From a virus: a DNA stretch of 64,000 bases. Below are positions 6,094-16,026 of this stretch, piece by piece; position 1 is the first letter of the stretch; each line of letters opens with the position of its first letter. Below the pieces are notes generated by a model. It worked only from the letters and a program-made list of their open reading frames with translations, did not search any database and was not told the origin of the DNA. The translations under genes and the position numbers were made by a program. The DNA is taken from the IMG/VR virus record IMGVR_UViG_3300031372_000005, positions 15,545-79,544 of that record; one strand, 5' to 3'.

Positions 6094-8175
6094 ATGTCGA
6101 TTATTCCTAGCAAAAATGAAGTAACTGTTATCACGGGCGACAGTGGAATCAACTTAGACAACTTACAAGTCTATGAAGTACCATATAAGGCGCCTGATGG
6201 AACACTTCAAAGCTCTGGCTTGAGAATGCTTACAAGTGGATCATTGCTAGCACCTGTAGGTTTTTCGGTGGAGTCTGGCTCAGTTGATTTTGGAGACGTG
6301 ATTAGGCTATCTGAGTCAGCAGGCTTTCTTGCATTTGAAAACATGGTTGATAAAGGAAAGTATCAACTAGTTGACTATGCAGTTCCTCGCACAGGTGCAT
6401 CATCAAAACCATACTACTTCAAGTTGATAGAGGCTGAGAAAGTCTTCCAAGCAACTTCTGGAAATTCAAATTTAACCACTAATCCCCTTACATTTGAGTA
6501 CAAAACCCAGTTAACAGCAAGAACTAATGCCCTGACATTTAATGCAACAGCTAGGATGTCAAATGTAAGGTTGAGAATCACAGATAAGTCTTCTGGTGTT
6601 GCTGTAAAGTATTTTCCAAGTAAATCTTCTTGGATTACTGGTCAAGGTGGAACTACTTTTGAATCCGGTAATAACACTCTAGATTTTCAAGACACAGCTT
6701 TGATTTTACAAGCCGGCACCACACTAGTTTTTGATATTCAAGCCGACTCAATTTCCTTATCGGGTTCAAACGGTATTCCTGCTTTTAGCGGCACTGTTCA
6801 ACAAGGTATTTTTATTGGTGTAGCAGACACTAATGATCTTGCAAACCTTCAAAATCAAATTGACTCTGTAACAACACCTTTTTCTGGTCAGTATCAAGAT
6901 TTAAAAGGTATCCCATCGAGCTTTACTCCAGCTGCACACACGCATAGTATTTCAGAAATAAGTGGTTTAGGTGGTCAATTATCTGTACTAACAAATAGCA
7001 TTCAAAGTGCAAATAGTGCATTGACTGGGCTTTCAACTGTTGCTAGTTCAGGAAGCTACCAAGACCTTGTAAACAAGCCCGTATTGTTCTCTGGAGCTTA
7101 TGCTGATTTATCAGGCAAACCTGTTCTGTTCTCAGGCAGTTATAGTGATTTAACTAATAAACCAACTATTCCAGTAGCTATTACAAAAACATCTCAGCTT
7201 GAGAATGATAGTGGATATGTTAGCAACATCACCTACCCAGTTGTCTCAGTAAACTCAAAGACTGGTGCAGTGCTTTTGAATGCAGCAGATGTAGGGGCAG
7301 CAGCATCTTCACATACCCACTCTATTGTAGATATTACGGGACTTCAGAATAGTTTAGACAGTAAAGCCTCTACTGCGTCTTTGAGTGGTTATGCAACAGC
7401 AGACAGTGTCAACAGTGCATTGGGAAATTACACCAATACTCAAACACTGACAAACCTTTTAAATGGTAAGCTTAATGTACCAACAGGAACTGCTAGTCAA
7501 TACTTAAGAGGCGACGGCACAACAGCTGCATTCCCAACCATACCTGCTCCTCAAGTACAAAGCGATTGGAATGCAACATCTGGTGCTGCATTTATCCTGA
7601 ATAAGCCATCATTATTTTCAGGCTCATATACAGACCTTACAAATAAGCCAACTTTGTTTAGCGGAAGTTATGCCGACCTAGCTAATAAACCTGCATTGTT
7701 TGATGGAACATACGCAAGTTTGACAAGTAAGCCTACAACTTTCACACCTTCAGCACATACACAAGCTTGGTCAACCATTACATCAACACCTACCACCCTT
7801 GCTGGTTACGGAATTACAGACGCTGTTAGTTCTGCAAGTCTTCCTAACTACAGAAGGGTTGACAACTCCGTAGTAGCAGCCCCAATCAAGGTTAAGTATT
7901 ATACAGCAACAAGTGACGCTAATTCTGTTTGGACAGTGAGTTTGGGTACAGACTTTACAGAAGTCCTGGATGTTCAAGTACAACCTGTAAGTGTTGCCAG
8001 TACAATTGCTGGCGTGAGAAGTGCAAGCCTAAACGCTTATACTTCTACATCAACAAGTGTTTCTGGGGTAACTTATGGCAACAACGTTCTGACTACTGTT
8101 TTGATTGGGGTTGGGGCCAACACTCTGGCTCTCGCTGCGTCAACCGTAGTCCGGGTAAGGGTAGAAGGTAAGTAG
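6094..8175 (+). CDS. fibre/appendage protein with tandem peptide repeats
   Basis: About seven 13-aa repeats LFSGSYxDLxNKP; HTHSI(S/V)(E/D)IxGL repeats; PTTLAGYGITDA fibre motif. Confidence 0.75.
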   Translation: MSIIPSKNEVTVITGDSGINLDNLQVYEVPYKAPDGTLQSSGLRMLTSGSLLAPVGFSVESGSVDFGDVIRLSESAGFLAFENMVDKGKYQLVDYAVPRTGASSKPYYFKLIEAEKVFQATSGNSNLTTNPLTFEYKTQLTARTNALTFNATARMSNVRLRITDKSSGVAVKYFPSKSSWITGQGGTTFESGNNTLDFQDTALILQAGTTLVFDIQADSISLSGSNGIPAFSGTVQQGIFIGVADTNDLANLQNQIDSVTTPFSGQYQDLKGIPSSFTPAAHTHSISEISGLGGQLSVLTNSIQSANSALTGLSTVASSGSYQDLVNKPVLFSGAYADLSGKPVLFSGSYSDLTNKPTIPVAITKTSQLENDSGYVSNITYPVVSVNSKTGAVLLNAADVGAAASSHTHSIVDITGLQNSLDSKASTASLSGYATADSVNSALGNYTNTQTLTNLLNGKLNVPTGTASQYLRGDGTTAAFPTIPAPQVQSDWNATSGAAFILNKPSLFSGSYTDLTNKPTLFSGSYADLANKPALFDGTYASLTSKPTTFTPSAHTQAWSTITSTPTTLAGYGITDAVSSASLPNYRRVDNSVVAAPIKVKYYTATSDANSVWTVSLGTDFTEVLDVQVQPVSVASTIAGVRSASLNAYTSTSTSVSGVTYGNNVLTTVLIGVGANTLALAASTVVRVRVEGK

Positions 8176-8250
8176 TTTGACATATAGCTCTTGAAATATA
8201 GAGCTATACAATCAGACTATTAAAATAGTTGAAAATATTTACTTTAGCTA

Positions 8251-8279
8251 TTGACATTTATAATATTTTAGCGTAATAT
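8251..8279 (+). promoter_or_regulatory. sigma70-like promoter
   Basis: TTGACA-N17-TAATAT. Confidence 0.75.
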
Positions 8280-8304
8280 CTCTTTTATGAACTTAGGAGA
8301 GAAT

Positions 8305-8655
8305 ATGAACACTTACAAAATTCAGCTTAAAGCCAAAGATTCTCATGGGATCGGCTTTATCGAGCAAGTAGTACGGTTTGCCAATATGGGCGCCACAATT
8401 GATACAGCTTTTCCTACCAAGAACACCTTCCCAAACCAGATTATGCTACACCTAGAGACTGAAGAGTTTCTAGAGGATGATATGGCTAAAGGCGTTCAAG
8501 TGCATCCTGTTGAATTGCAATATGGTCGAGAATATCTTGAGACATTGACTATTCAAGAGCTTCGTCCACTTGTGAAGGAAAGGGGCGTGACAGGCAGGGA
8601 CTGCAATCAAATGATTCGTGAATATTTGCTTACGTTTGAGAAAGAAGAAGTTTAA
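8305..8655 (+). CDS. hypothetical protein
   Basis: AGGAGA RBS before ATG 8305; short C-terminal helical motif LTIQELRPLVKERGVTG. Confidence 0.65.
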   Translation: MNTYKIQLKAKDSHGIGFIEQVVRFANMGATIDTAFPTKNTFPNQIMLHLETEEFLEDDMAKGVQVHPVELQYGREYLETLTIQELRPLVKERGVTGRDCNQMIREYLLTFEKEEV

Positions 8656-8665
8656 GTAATACAAT

Positions 8666-8742
8666 GAGAGCGAACGGGATTGCAAGCCCTTCTACTGCTG
8701 ATTCAGTAGATAGTTCTCGCCTATTAAATACCTAATCAGAGG
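8666..8742 (+). promoter_or_regulatory. structured leader upstream of HNH gene
   Basis: Three-way junction GAGAGC/GTTCTC, GGG/CCC, TCTACTG/CAGTAGA; loop CTGATT complementary to AATCAG abutting the GAGG RBS. Confidence 0.5.
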
Positions 8743-8751
8743 TTTAAAGTT

Positions 8752-9861
8752 TTGAATTACAAAAAGATTTATAATTCACTTGTAGAAAAAGCTAAAGTTC
8801 GTGGTCTTGATAAGAGTCAACATGAAGGTTACTTTGAAATTCACCACATTATTCCTAGATGTTTAGGCGGTAGTGATGACAAAGATAATCTTGTTATGTT
8901 TACTGGCCGTGAGCATTTCATAGCCCATATGCTTTTGTGGAAAGCTTACCCCGGAAATGTAAGTTTAATGCGTGCTGCTTTTCTCATGAGTAGTCGTTGG
9001 AAAACAGATCAAATAGAAGATAATTCAAAAGTAGTTAACTCTAAGACTTATGAGAAACTACGCTTTGAGTACGCTATTGCAGTCAGTGAGCAAGTATCGG
9101 GTGAAAATAATCCTTTTTATGGTAAGACTCATACTGAAGAAACTCGCACAAAGTTAAAAGCTTGGCATGTAGCAAATCCTGACTTTGCAAGAAATAATAT
9201 GCTTGGTAAAAAGCACTCTGAAGAAGCAATTGCTAAGATGAGGGAATACCAACGAAATCGCCCAGCTATGACTGAAGAAACTAAAAAGAAGATTGGTGAT
9301 TTCCATCGAGGGAAACCTAAAAATCCTGACGCCATTGAGAAGACTAGACAAGCTAACATCGGCCGTAAGAAGTCAGATGAAGAAAGGAAAAAGATTTCCG
9401 ATGCCCTTACTGGAAAACCTTGGTCAGAAGCACAACGTGCCGGAATAATGGCCTCCTTGAAGTATGGTGAGGATCATCATTCTTTTGGTATTCCTAAATC
9501 AGAAGAACAAAAGAAAAAGATTTCAATAGCCTTAAAAGCTAAGAACCAGAGGCCTTGGGAAAATCCAACCTGTCAAAATTTTACAGACTTGTCTAAATGG
9601 GCACTTGCCGACTATTATTTTGATATTTGGTGTTATTTTGATAAACCTGGCCTAAAGAAGCTTAAAAAGATTTACGATTTCATTAACAATGATGACATTA
9701 CTTTGTCTTTACTTGCTATCATGAGGATTAACTTCAGCAAAGGTTGGGTTCCTATGGAAGATGAGGAATGGATTACTTTTTCTGAGGATTATTTAAATGA
9801 AAGAAACACAATTTGCACCATGCTCCCGCCCTCAAGCAATGTTCTTGAACTCTACGGCTGA
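8752..9861 (+). CDS. free-standing HNH homing endonuclease with NUMOD3-like repeats
   Basis: EIHHIIPRCLGG...NLV...EHFIAH; repeats GKTHTEETR, GKKHSEEAIAKM; overlaps terL start. Confidence 0.88.
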   Translation: MNYKKIYNSLVEKAKVRGLDKSQHEGYFEIHHIIPRCLGGSDDKDNLVMFTGREHFIAHMLLWKAYPGNVSLMRAAFLMSSRWKTDQIEDNSKVVNSKTYEKLRFEYAIAVSEQVSGENNPFYGKTHTEETRTKLKAWHVANPDFARNNMLGKKHSEEAIAKMREYQRNRPAMTEETKKKIGDFHRGKPKNPDAIEKTRQANIGRKKSDEERKKISDALTGKPWSEAQRAGIMASLKYGEDHHSFGIPKSEEQKKKISIALKAKNQRPWENPTCQNFTDLSKWALADYYFDIWCYFDKPGLKKLKKIYDFINNDDITLSLLAIMRINFSKGWVPMEDEEWITFSEDYLNERNTICTMLPPSSNVLELYG

Positions 9862-11239
9862 CATATGCTTCTACGGGGGCCAAGCCGGGGGTGGGAAGAC
9901 CTTTTGCGCACTTTTACACCACCTTAAGCATCATGAAGATAAGAACTATCGTGGATTGATCCTTCGCCGGACAACCCCCATGATGATGAAGCCCGGTGCG
10001 ATTTGGGATGAAGCTAAAAGCCTCTATAAAGATTTTGATCCAAAATGCCAAATAAAAATTAAAGACTTAAAAGTTATTTTAAGTTCAGGTGCTGAGATTG
10101 CATTTTCTCACTTTGAACGTGTAGACGATACCGATAACTTTCAGGGTGCTCAAATCAGTAGTGTATTTTTTGACGAACTTTGTCAATTTGAAGAGAGTCA
10201 ATTTTTATATCTACTATCCCGTCTTCGTACTAAAGCAAACATGAAGCCTAACGCACGGGCGGCAATGAACCCAGATCCAGATTCGTTCGCACGTAAGTGG
10301 GTTGACTGGTATCTTTTTCCGCAAGGTCATCCACAGTTTGGGCGACCTGACCCAGAAAAACAAGGTGTGGTTCGTTGGTTCGTGCGAATTGATAATAATA
10401 TGATTTGGGGGGATTCTGCTGAAGAGCTTATAGAATCTTTTCCTAACTCAACCCCACTTTCTTTTCAATATATTAGCGCGTCAGTATATGATAACCCCCA
10501 CATCGAAAAAAGTTATATTGCATTTCTTGAAGGTTTAGGTCAGATCGAAAAAGAGCGTCTTCTCTACGGAAACTGGGAAGCTCGTGCTGAATCTTCTGGA
10601 TTCTGGAAGCGGCAATGGTGTGAAGAATTAAACATGCCTCCACCCACTCAGGACTTTACTAAAATTGTTCGTTGCTGGGATATCGCTGGAGAATTAAAAA
10701 GTTCTCAAAATCCAGATCCAGATTACTCTGTTGGTGTAAAGATGGGTCGAATGAAAGATGGGACTTATGTAATTCTTGAAGTTGTACGGATGCGTTGTAG
10801 GTTTGGAGACTTGATTAATAAGATTATCGAAATCGCACATCAAGATGGCGTTGATGTCGATGTAATGATCCCGCAAGACCCAAACGCCAGTGCTAAAGCT
10901 GCATGTAAAATGATGGTTCAGCAAGTCATTGATGCTGGATTCTATGCTAAAGCCCGGCCAACAAACAAAAGTAAAGTTGATAGATTTAGGCCATTTGGGG
11001 CAGCTACTGAAAATGGTTATGTCAAGATCGTTAAGAATTGCAGCGATGATTTAGAGAATAAAATCTTTAATGATAACAGCTTCGTTTACACCGAGCTTGA
11101 GAAATTTAATGGTGGTCGATCAGGCCACGATGATATCTGTGACTCAGCAAGTGATTGTTTTTTGACGCTGGCACAAAGTCGCAACATCCCCTCTTTTGCT
11201 GTACCAGTGTTTACAAAATCAAATGAATTTCGTTTGTAA
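9797..11239 (+). CDS. terL: terminase large subunit
   Basis: Walker A GGQAGGGKT, Walker B VFFDE, nuclease residues WDIA and HDDICD; precedes portal. Confidence 0.95.
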   Translation: MKETQFAPCSRPQAMFLNSTADICFYGGQAGGGKTFCALLHHLKHHEDKNYRGLILRRTTPMMMKPGAIWDEAKSLYKDFDPKCQIKIKDLKVILSSGAEIAFSHFERVDDTDNFQGAQISSVFFDELCQFEESQFLYLLSRLRTKANMKPNARAAMNPDPDSFARKWVDWYLFPQGHPQFGRPDPEKQGVVRWFVRIDNNMIWGDSAEELIESFPNSTPLSFQYISASVYDNPHIEKSYIAFLEGLGQIEKERLLYGNWEARAESSGFWKRQWCEELNMPPPTQDFTKIVRCWDIAGELKSSQNPDPDYSVGVKMGRMKDGTYVILEVVRMRCRFGDLINKIIEIAHQDGVDVDVMIPQDPNASAKAACKMMVQQVIDAGFYAKARPTNKSKVDRFRPFGAATENGYVKIVKNCSDDLENKIFNDNSFVYTELEKFNGGRSGHDDICDSASDCFLTLAQSRNIPSFAVPVFTKSNEFRL

Positions 11240-11290
11240 CCAAGCGAGCTTATATAAGGAGGCACATACGGATGCCTATTGGTGATGCCT

Positions 11291-12775
11291 ATGGCACGTA
11301 TTAAGAAAGCTGAAAGCCTAGACCTCTCCACTGGTTCTGAAAGTGTGCCGCGTATTCCTTACAGTGAAACGGGTGGAATTGGTCTAAAACAAATCAACGG
11401 AATGATTCTCGAAGAGTCTCGCAGAGAGCTTCAGTATCCACAAGCTGCCAAGACATTCAAGACAATGAGTCGAGATGCAACTATCGCTTCTGGCCTTGAT
11501 TTGTTTCAGATGATGATGAGCCGCGTTAAGTGGTCAGTTCATGTTCCGCAAGATGCTTCGGAAGATATCAAGAAGAAAGCAGTGTTCCTAAAGCAAGTTC
11601 AAGAGGACATGGAACATTCTTGGTATGCTTTTATGAAAGAGGCCGTCAGCTTCTATACTTATGGTTTTGCCCCACATGAGATTGTTCTGCGTAAGCGTTT
11701 AAAAATTAACGGCTCAAAATATGATGATGGATTAGTTGGTGTTCGCAAGCTTCCCATTCGTTCACAAGACACTATCAGCCGTTGCGAGTTTTCAGAAGAT
11801 GGCCGTACATTTTTAGGATTCTGGCAAAACCCAAAAGGTATTCTAGATTTCTATGGCGGGTTCAATGGTGGTAGAGCATCAAGTATGGATGAAGTATTCT
11901 TGCGTAAAAACAAGATTCTAAACTTTACTTGTGACTCTAACCGTGGAAACCCGCTGGGGACAAGCCCTCTGCTTAAATGTTATTATGCTTGGAAATATCG
12001 TACCAAAATTGAAGAGCATGAGGCAATTAGCCTTTCTCGTGATTTGAACGGTATCCCTCACTTTATGATTCCTTCTGAATATCTATCAGAGGGTGCTAGT
12101 GATGACAAGAAAGCTGCGGCGGAAGCTTACATGCAGATTGGACGTAACATTCAATCAAATGAGCAAGCATCTCTCACCACGCCGTCTGATAGAGACGAAA
12201 AGGGTAATCTTCTTTTTGATTTCAGTCTTGTAAGCTCTGGTGGATCTAATAGGTTTGATACGAACTCTATTATTGGTCGGTATAATAGTATTATCCTGCA
12301 ATCACTATGGGCAGACATCCTTCAAATGGGTCAAAGCTCAGTAGGCTCATTTAGTCTTTCAGATACTAAACGTGGTCTTGTTATCATGGCAGTTGAAGAT
12401 AAGCTTATGGGTATGCAAGAGACTCTTAAGGAGCTTCGTGACCTTTTGTTTAAGATGAATGGTTGGGATCTTCAAGGTGAACTGCCCTATTGGCAGTATG
12501 AGGAAGTTCAAGAAACTGATCTTGATGTTCTTTCTAAGGCTGTACAGCGTTATGCTGCAACAGGCGCAATAGAGCTTGATCGTGAAGTCTTGAATATCAC
12601 CCGTCAGTCTATTGGTGCTAAACCCCATGCTATTGATGAAGAACCCTTGAAAGAATACCTGCCAGAGAAAACTACCACAAGCGGCCAGGGAATGGAAGAG
12701 GGAATGAATAACGGAGTTGGTGGATCTACAGGATCTTCCGGTGATAGCTCAACATCTAACAGTGAGAATACTTAG
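11291..12775 (+). CDS. portal protein
   Basis: Position after terL, ~495 aa, GFAPHEIV and NPLGTSPLLKCY portal-like segments. Confidence 0.88.
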   Translation: MARIKKAESLDLSTGSESVPRIPYSETGGIGLKQINGMILEESRRELQYPQAAKTFKTMSRDATIASGLDLFQMMMSRVKWSVHVPQDASEDIKKKAVFLKQVQEDMEHSWYAFMKEAVSFYTYGFAPHEIVLRKRLKINGSKYDDGLVGVRKLPIRSQDTISRCEFSEDGRTFLGFWQNPKGILDFYGGFNGGRASSMDEVFLRKNKILNFTCDSNRGNPLGTSPLLKCYYAWKYRTKIEEHEAISLSRDLNGIPHFMIPSEYLSEGASDDKKAAAEAYMQIGRNIQSNEQASLTTPSDRDEKGNLLFDFSLVSSGGSNRFDTNSIIGRYNSIILQSLWADILQMGQSSVGSFSLSDTKRGLVIMAVEDKLMGMQETLKELRDLLFKMNGWDLQGELPYWQYEEVQETDLDVLSKAVQRYAATGAIELDREVLNITRQSIGAKPHAIDEEPLKEYLPEKTTTSGQGMEEGMNNGVGGSTGSSGDSSTSNSENT

Positions 12776-12776
12776 A

Positions 12777-13226
12777 ATGGATAAAGCAGAAAAGCTTTAC
12801 GAACTGCTTGAGAAGTTCTTCGGCGGATCAAAAGAACACGAACCTGTTGTAGAGGTCACCAAAGCGGTTGATATTGAGCAGCGAAGGGCACTTTTTGTAG
12901 TTCTTGAACCTGACACTGTTGATTTGCATGGCGACATCTATTCTGCTGAAGAGGTTGAAAAGGCTTGTATTAACTTCAACACTCATTGCAATAAAGCAAA
13001 CTTGTTTCACCAAGTTCAGATTGAAACTGCAAAGATTGAGCAATCATTTATCTCGCCATCAGACTTTCTGTTGGATGATGGACGTATGATTAAAAAGGGT
13101 ACTTGGCTACAGTGGTTTTACTTCCCTGAAGGGAATGATGATTCTGATAAACTGTGGAAGCAAGTTAAATCTGGTGATATTTGCGGAGTTAGTATTGGCT
13201 GCCGCGCTTCTGTGGAAGAACTCTAA
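12777..13226 (+). CDS. prohead protease (XkdF-like)
   Basis: VDLHGD...FH...KGTW...W..VKSGDICGVSIG pattern; follows portal. Confidence 0.75.
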   Translation: MDKAEKLYELLEKFFGGSKEHEPVVEVTKAVDIEQRRALFVVLEPDTVDLHGDIYSAEEVEKACINFNTHCNKANLFHQVQIETAKIEQSFISPSDFLLDDGRMIKKGTWLQWFYFPEGNDDSDKLWKQVKSGDICGVSIGCRASVEEL

Positions 13227-14203
13227 TGACAGAACAAGCTCGTAAGCGGTTATCTAACTTCAATTTTGAAGGAGAAGGTAGCCACGTGGCCTTGGTCGGT
13301 AAACATCAAGGCGGCCCCGCAAACGGTGTAACCACTTTGCTGACTAAAGCTACAAATAAAATCACTGATGAACAAGTAGATAAAGCAACAATGGTTCAAG
13401 TTGAAATGAACATTGTAGACTTTCTGACTACGTTCTTTGATCTGTGGTATGAAGATGCAATCATCCTTGCCAAGATTATGGGATTGGATACTGAATCAGA
13501 GCTTGAAGAGGATACTGTTGATTGGTGGGAAAAGTACATCAATGAGAAAGTAGAAGCGGTAACTCTGATGAAATCCTTGGTTATGGACAAAAGTGAAGCT
13601 GAAGTTAACAAAGCTATCGCCTGCCTTAAACCAGAAGAATTGCTCTTGCTTCTTGAAACTCAAAAGAAGTTCGAACAAGCATTGTCCTCGCAAGAGGGCG
13701 TAACTGCACTGAAAGGTGCAAAGTCTCCCTCAGTGGAAAAGTCCAATAATAAAGGTAAAGAAATGTCTGAGTTCGTAACTAAAGCAGTTCACGAAGAACA
13801 GGTTAGTAAGGCAGTTGAAGAAGCTGTTGCTAAGGCTGTTAAAGAACAAGAAGGTAAATTTGTAGCTAAACAAGCTGAACTTGATGCTGCTCTAGAAGTG
13901 GTAAAAGGCTTGGAAGCTAAAGAGAAAGAATCTGTTGAGAAAGGCCGTAAGGCACTGCTTAAAGATGCTGGTCATTCCGATGAAGAAGTAGACGCTCTCT
14001 ACAAATCTACAGAGGCATTGCCCACCGAAGCTTTTGAAGTTGTTGCTAAAGCACTAGCTAAAGAAAAGAAAGTTGCTGCTGAAAGTGACCTTTTCAAAGA
14101 AAACGGTGTTTCTGGTGAAACTGTCACCATTGTTGAAGAAGACGGTGTTGCTGCTCTTACCAAATCCTACAAAGAAAAATTCCAACAAAAGGAAGCTAAA
14201 TAA
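13226..14203 (+). CDS. head scaffolding protein
   Basis: TAATG coupling to protease; C-terminal Ala/Glu/Lys coiled coil; likely internal start at 13763. Confidence 0.65.
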   Translation: MTEQARKRLSNFNFEGEGSHVALVGKHQGGPANGVTTLLTKATNKITDEQVDKATMVQVEMNIVDFLTTFFDLWYEDAIILAKIMGLDTESELEEDTVDWWEKYINEKVEAVTLMKSLVMDKSEAEVNKAIACLKPEELLLLLETQKKFEQALSSQEGVTALKGAKSPSVEKSNNKGKEMSEFVTKAVHEEQVSKAVEEAVAKAVKEQEGKFVAKQAELDAALEVVKGLEAKEKESVEKGRKALLKDAGHSDEEVDALYKSTEALPTEAFEVVAKALAKEKKVAAESDLFKENGVSGETVTIVEEDGVAALTKSYKEKFQQKEAK

Positions 14204-14604
14204 TGCCTCTAGTAAATTTTAATATTCGCACCCTTGGCGATCTGGTTGTACGTGAATTCTCACCCGCTGATGGCTATTGCCGTGAAGAAGTAACCCTTCC
14301 TGCTGGCACCTACCCTCTGGGTACTCTGGTTGTTGGTACTGGTCTGGGCGCAACTTTCGCCAAGTATGTTGCTGGTGCTGCTATTCCTGCCGGTTCAATG
14401 CTTGCCATTGTTCTGGGTGATCACTACGATGTTCGTGAAACCTTCACCCTCACTGCTAACGCTTTGGGTCTGGTTATGTATCGTGGTCCTGCTCAAGTTA
14501 GTGACTTCCTGCTCAAATCTGTGAACGGTATTTCTACTGCTCAGATGGCTGCCGTAACTACCCAACTCAATGCCCAAGGTATTGATGTTCTGGTAGCTGT
14601 TTAA
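14203..14604 (+). CDS. head decoration protein
   Basis: 133 aa, directly upstream of capsid gene, YPLGTLV motif typical of decoration proteins. Confidence 0.7.
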   Translation: MPLVNFNIRTLGDLVVREFSPADGYCREEVTLPAGTYPLGTLVVGTGLGATFAKYVAGAAIPAGSMLAIVLGDHYDVRETFTLTANALGLVMYRGPAQVSDFLLKSVNGISTAQMAAVTTQLNAQGIDVLVAV

Positions 14605-14627
14605 TATTAATCTAAAGGAAAATAACA

Positions 14628-15731
14628 ATGTCTGAGCAATTCCTAAGCAAAGCCCTTGCTTTTGATCCGGCTAACGCTAACCGCCGTATTGAAATCACAA
14701 ACCCTATTAACATCATTCCTAACCGTTACTTCCTAATGGACCAGCTGGGTCTGTTCGAAGATGTATACCTGACCCAGAAACATGCCCTGGTTCCTGTGTA
14801 TAACGAAGTGTTGAGTGGTGCTCTTCAAGATTACAACTGGGGTGAGAAATCACAAACCCTGACTCCTGATCAAAAGCGCTACATGCGTATTGACGTTCCT
14901 CACTTCCCAGCATCCTATGCCATCACCCCACAAGATGTAGAAGGTATTGCTGCTTGGGCACAGATTTACCAAGGTAATGATCTGGAAACCATCGAGGCAG
15001 TACGAGCCCGTAAACTTGCAAAAGCCCGTAAAGCTCACGCATGGGTTCGTGAAGTGTCTCGTTTTAACCTCATCACCACAGGTAGTGTATATGCCCCTCG
15101 TGGCACTGTAGCTCAGAATTTCTATCAAGAGTTCCAAGTACAGCGTACTCAGATTTCAACTGATCTGACTACCTCCACTACTCCTGATGCGATGATCAAC
15201 AATGTTGTTGCTGGTCTGCAAGACAACCTTCAGTCTGGTGAAATTGTAAATCGTTTCATTGCTCTGTGCTCCCCAAGCTACTTCCAAGCACTGATCAACA
15301 ACGCTTATATCACCGACATTCTGAAAGCTCAGCTGGCTGGTGGCACTTCTAACCTGCTGCTGAATCGTCAAGTTGGTGGTCTGGTTCCAGGTGCTGAAGG
15401 TGTTCTGTACCGTAACTTTGAATACCAAGGCGTTACTTTTTACGAAGTTCGTCCTCAAGCTGGCACCACATTTATTCCAGAAGGTCAGGCATACTTCCTG
15501 CCACTAGGTGTAGATGATCTTTTCACCACCTACTACGCAACTCCTAACAAGTTTAGCACTGTTAATAACGTTGCTCAAGCTTCATATGCGTGGGAATTCC
15601 GTGATCCTAAAGATGAAATCATTGAAGTCGAAACCGAGACTAACCTCTTGAACTTCGTCTCTCGTCCGCAGGAAATCGTTGTTGCTTACCTGCCAAGTGG
15701 TACTGTTCCAGTTCAGCCTTACACTCCGTAA
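14628..15731 (+). CDS. major capsid protein
   Basis: 367 aa, strong RBS and codon bias, gpE-like C-terminus IEVETETNLLNFVSRPQ. Confidence 0.9.
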   Translation: MSEQFLSKALAFDPANANRRIEITNPINIIPNRYFLMDQLGLFEDVYLTQKHALVPVYNEVLSGALQDYNWGEKSQTLTPDQKRYMRIDVPHFPASYAITPQDVEGIAAWAQIYQGNDLETIEAVRARKLAKARKAHAWVREVSRFNLITTGSVYAPRGTVAQNFYQEFQVQRTQISTDLTTSTTPDAMINNVVAGLQDNLQSGEIVNRFIALCSPSYFQALINNAYITDILKAQLAGGTSNLLLNRQVGGLVPGAEGVLYRNFEYQGVTFYEVRPQAGTTFIPEGQAYFLPLGVDDLFTTYYATPNKFSTVNNVAQASYAWEFRDPKDEIIEVETETNLLNFVSRPQEIVVAYLPSGTVPVQPYTP

Positions 15732-15744
15732 GTCTTGATCATAT

Positions 15745-15770
15745 AGAGGGGTGTAAGAGCCCCTCTTATT
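15745..15770 (+). terminator. probable intrinsic terminator after capsid gene
   Basis: AGAGGGG-N8-CCCCTCT-TATT; weak U tract. Confidence 0.55.
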
Positions 15771-15788
15771 CAGAATAAGAGGTAATGT

Positions 15789-15986
15789 ATGAGTTTTGAA
15801 TTTACACAAGATGATCTTCGTGCAGGTCAGCGTCAGATGATTGAAAAGCTTGTTACTCATGTTAACACTATGAGTGGTGAGTCTAAGGATTTTAGCAAGA
15901 TTGAGCCATTGGATACTGATGGTAAGCTCACAGTCAAAGAAGTAGCAGAAGCTTTTAATAGCCTTCTTAAAGCTCTTCAAGAATAA
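15789..15986 (+). CDS. hypothetical protein
   Basis: GAGG RBS, 65 aa. Confidence 0.65.
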   Translation: MSFEFTQDDLRAGQRQMIEKLVTHVNTMSGESKDFSKIEPLDTDGKLTVKEVAEAFNSLLKALQE

Positions 15987-15988
15987 TG

Positions 15989-16010
15989 AAGGCGTTGCTG
16001 CCTTATTTTA
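15989..16010 (+). terminator. intrinsic terminator
   Basis: AAGGC-GTTGCT-GCCTT-ATTTTT. Confidence 0.55.
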
Positions 16011-16026
16011 CATAAGGAGTTAAGCC

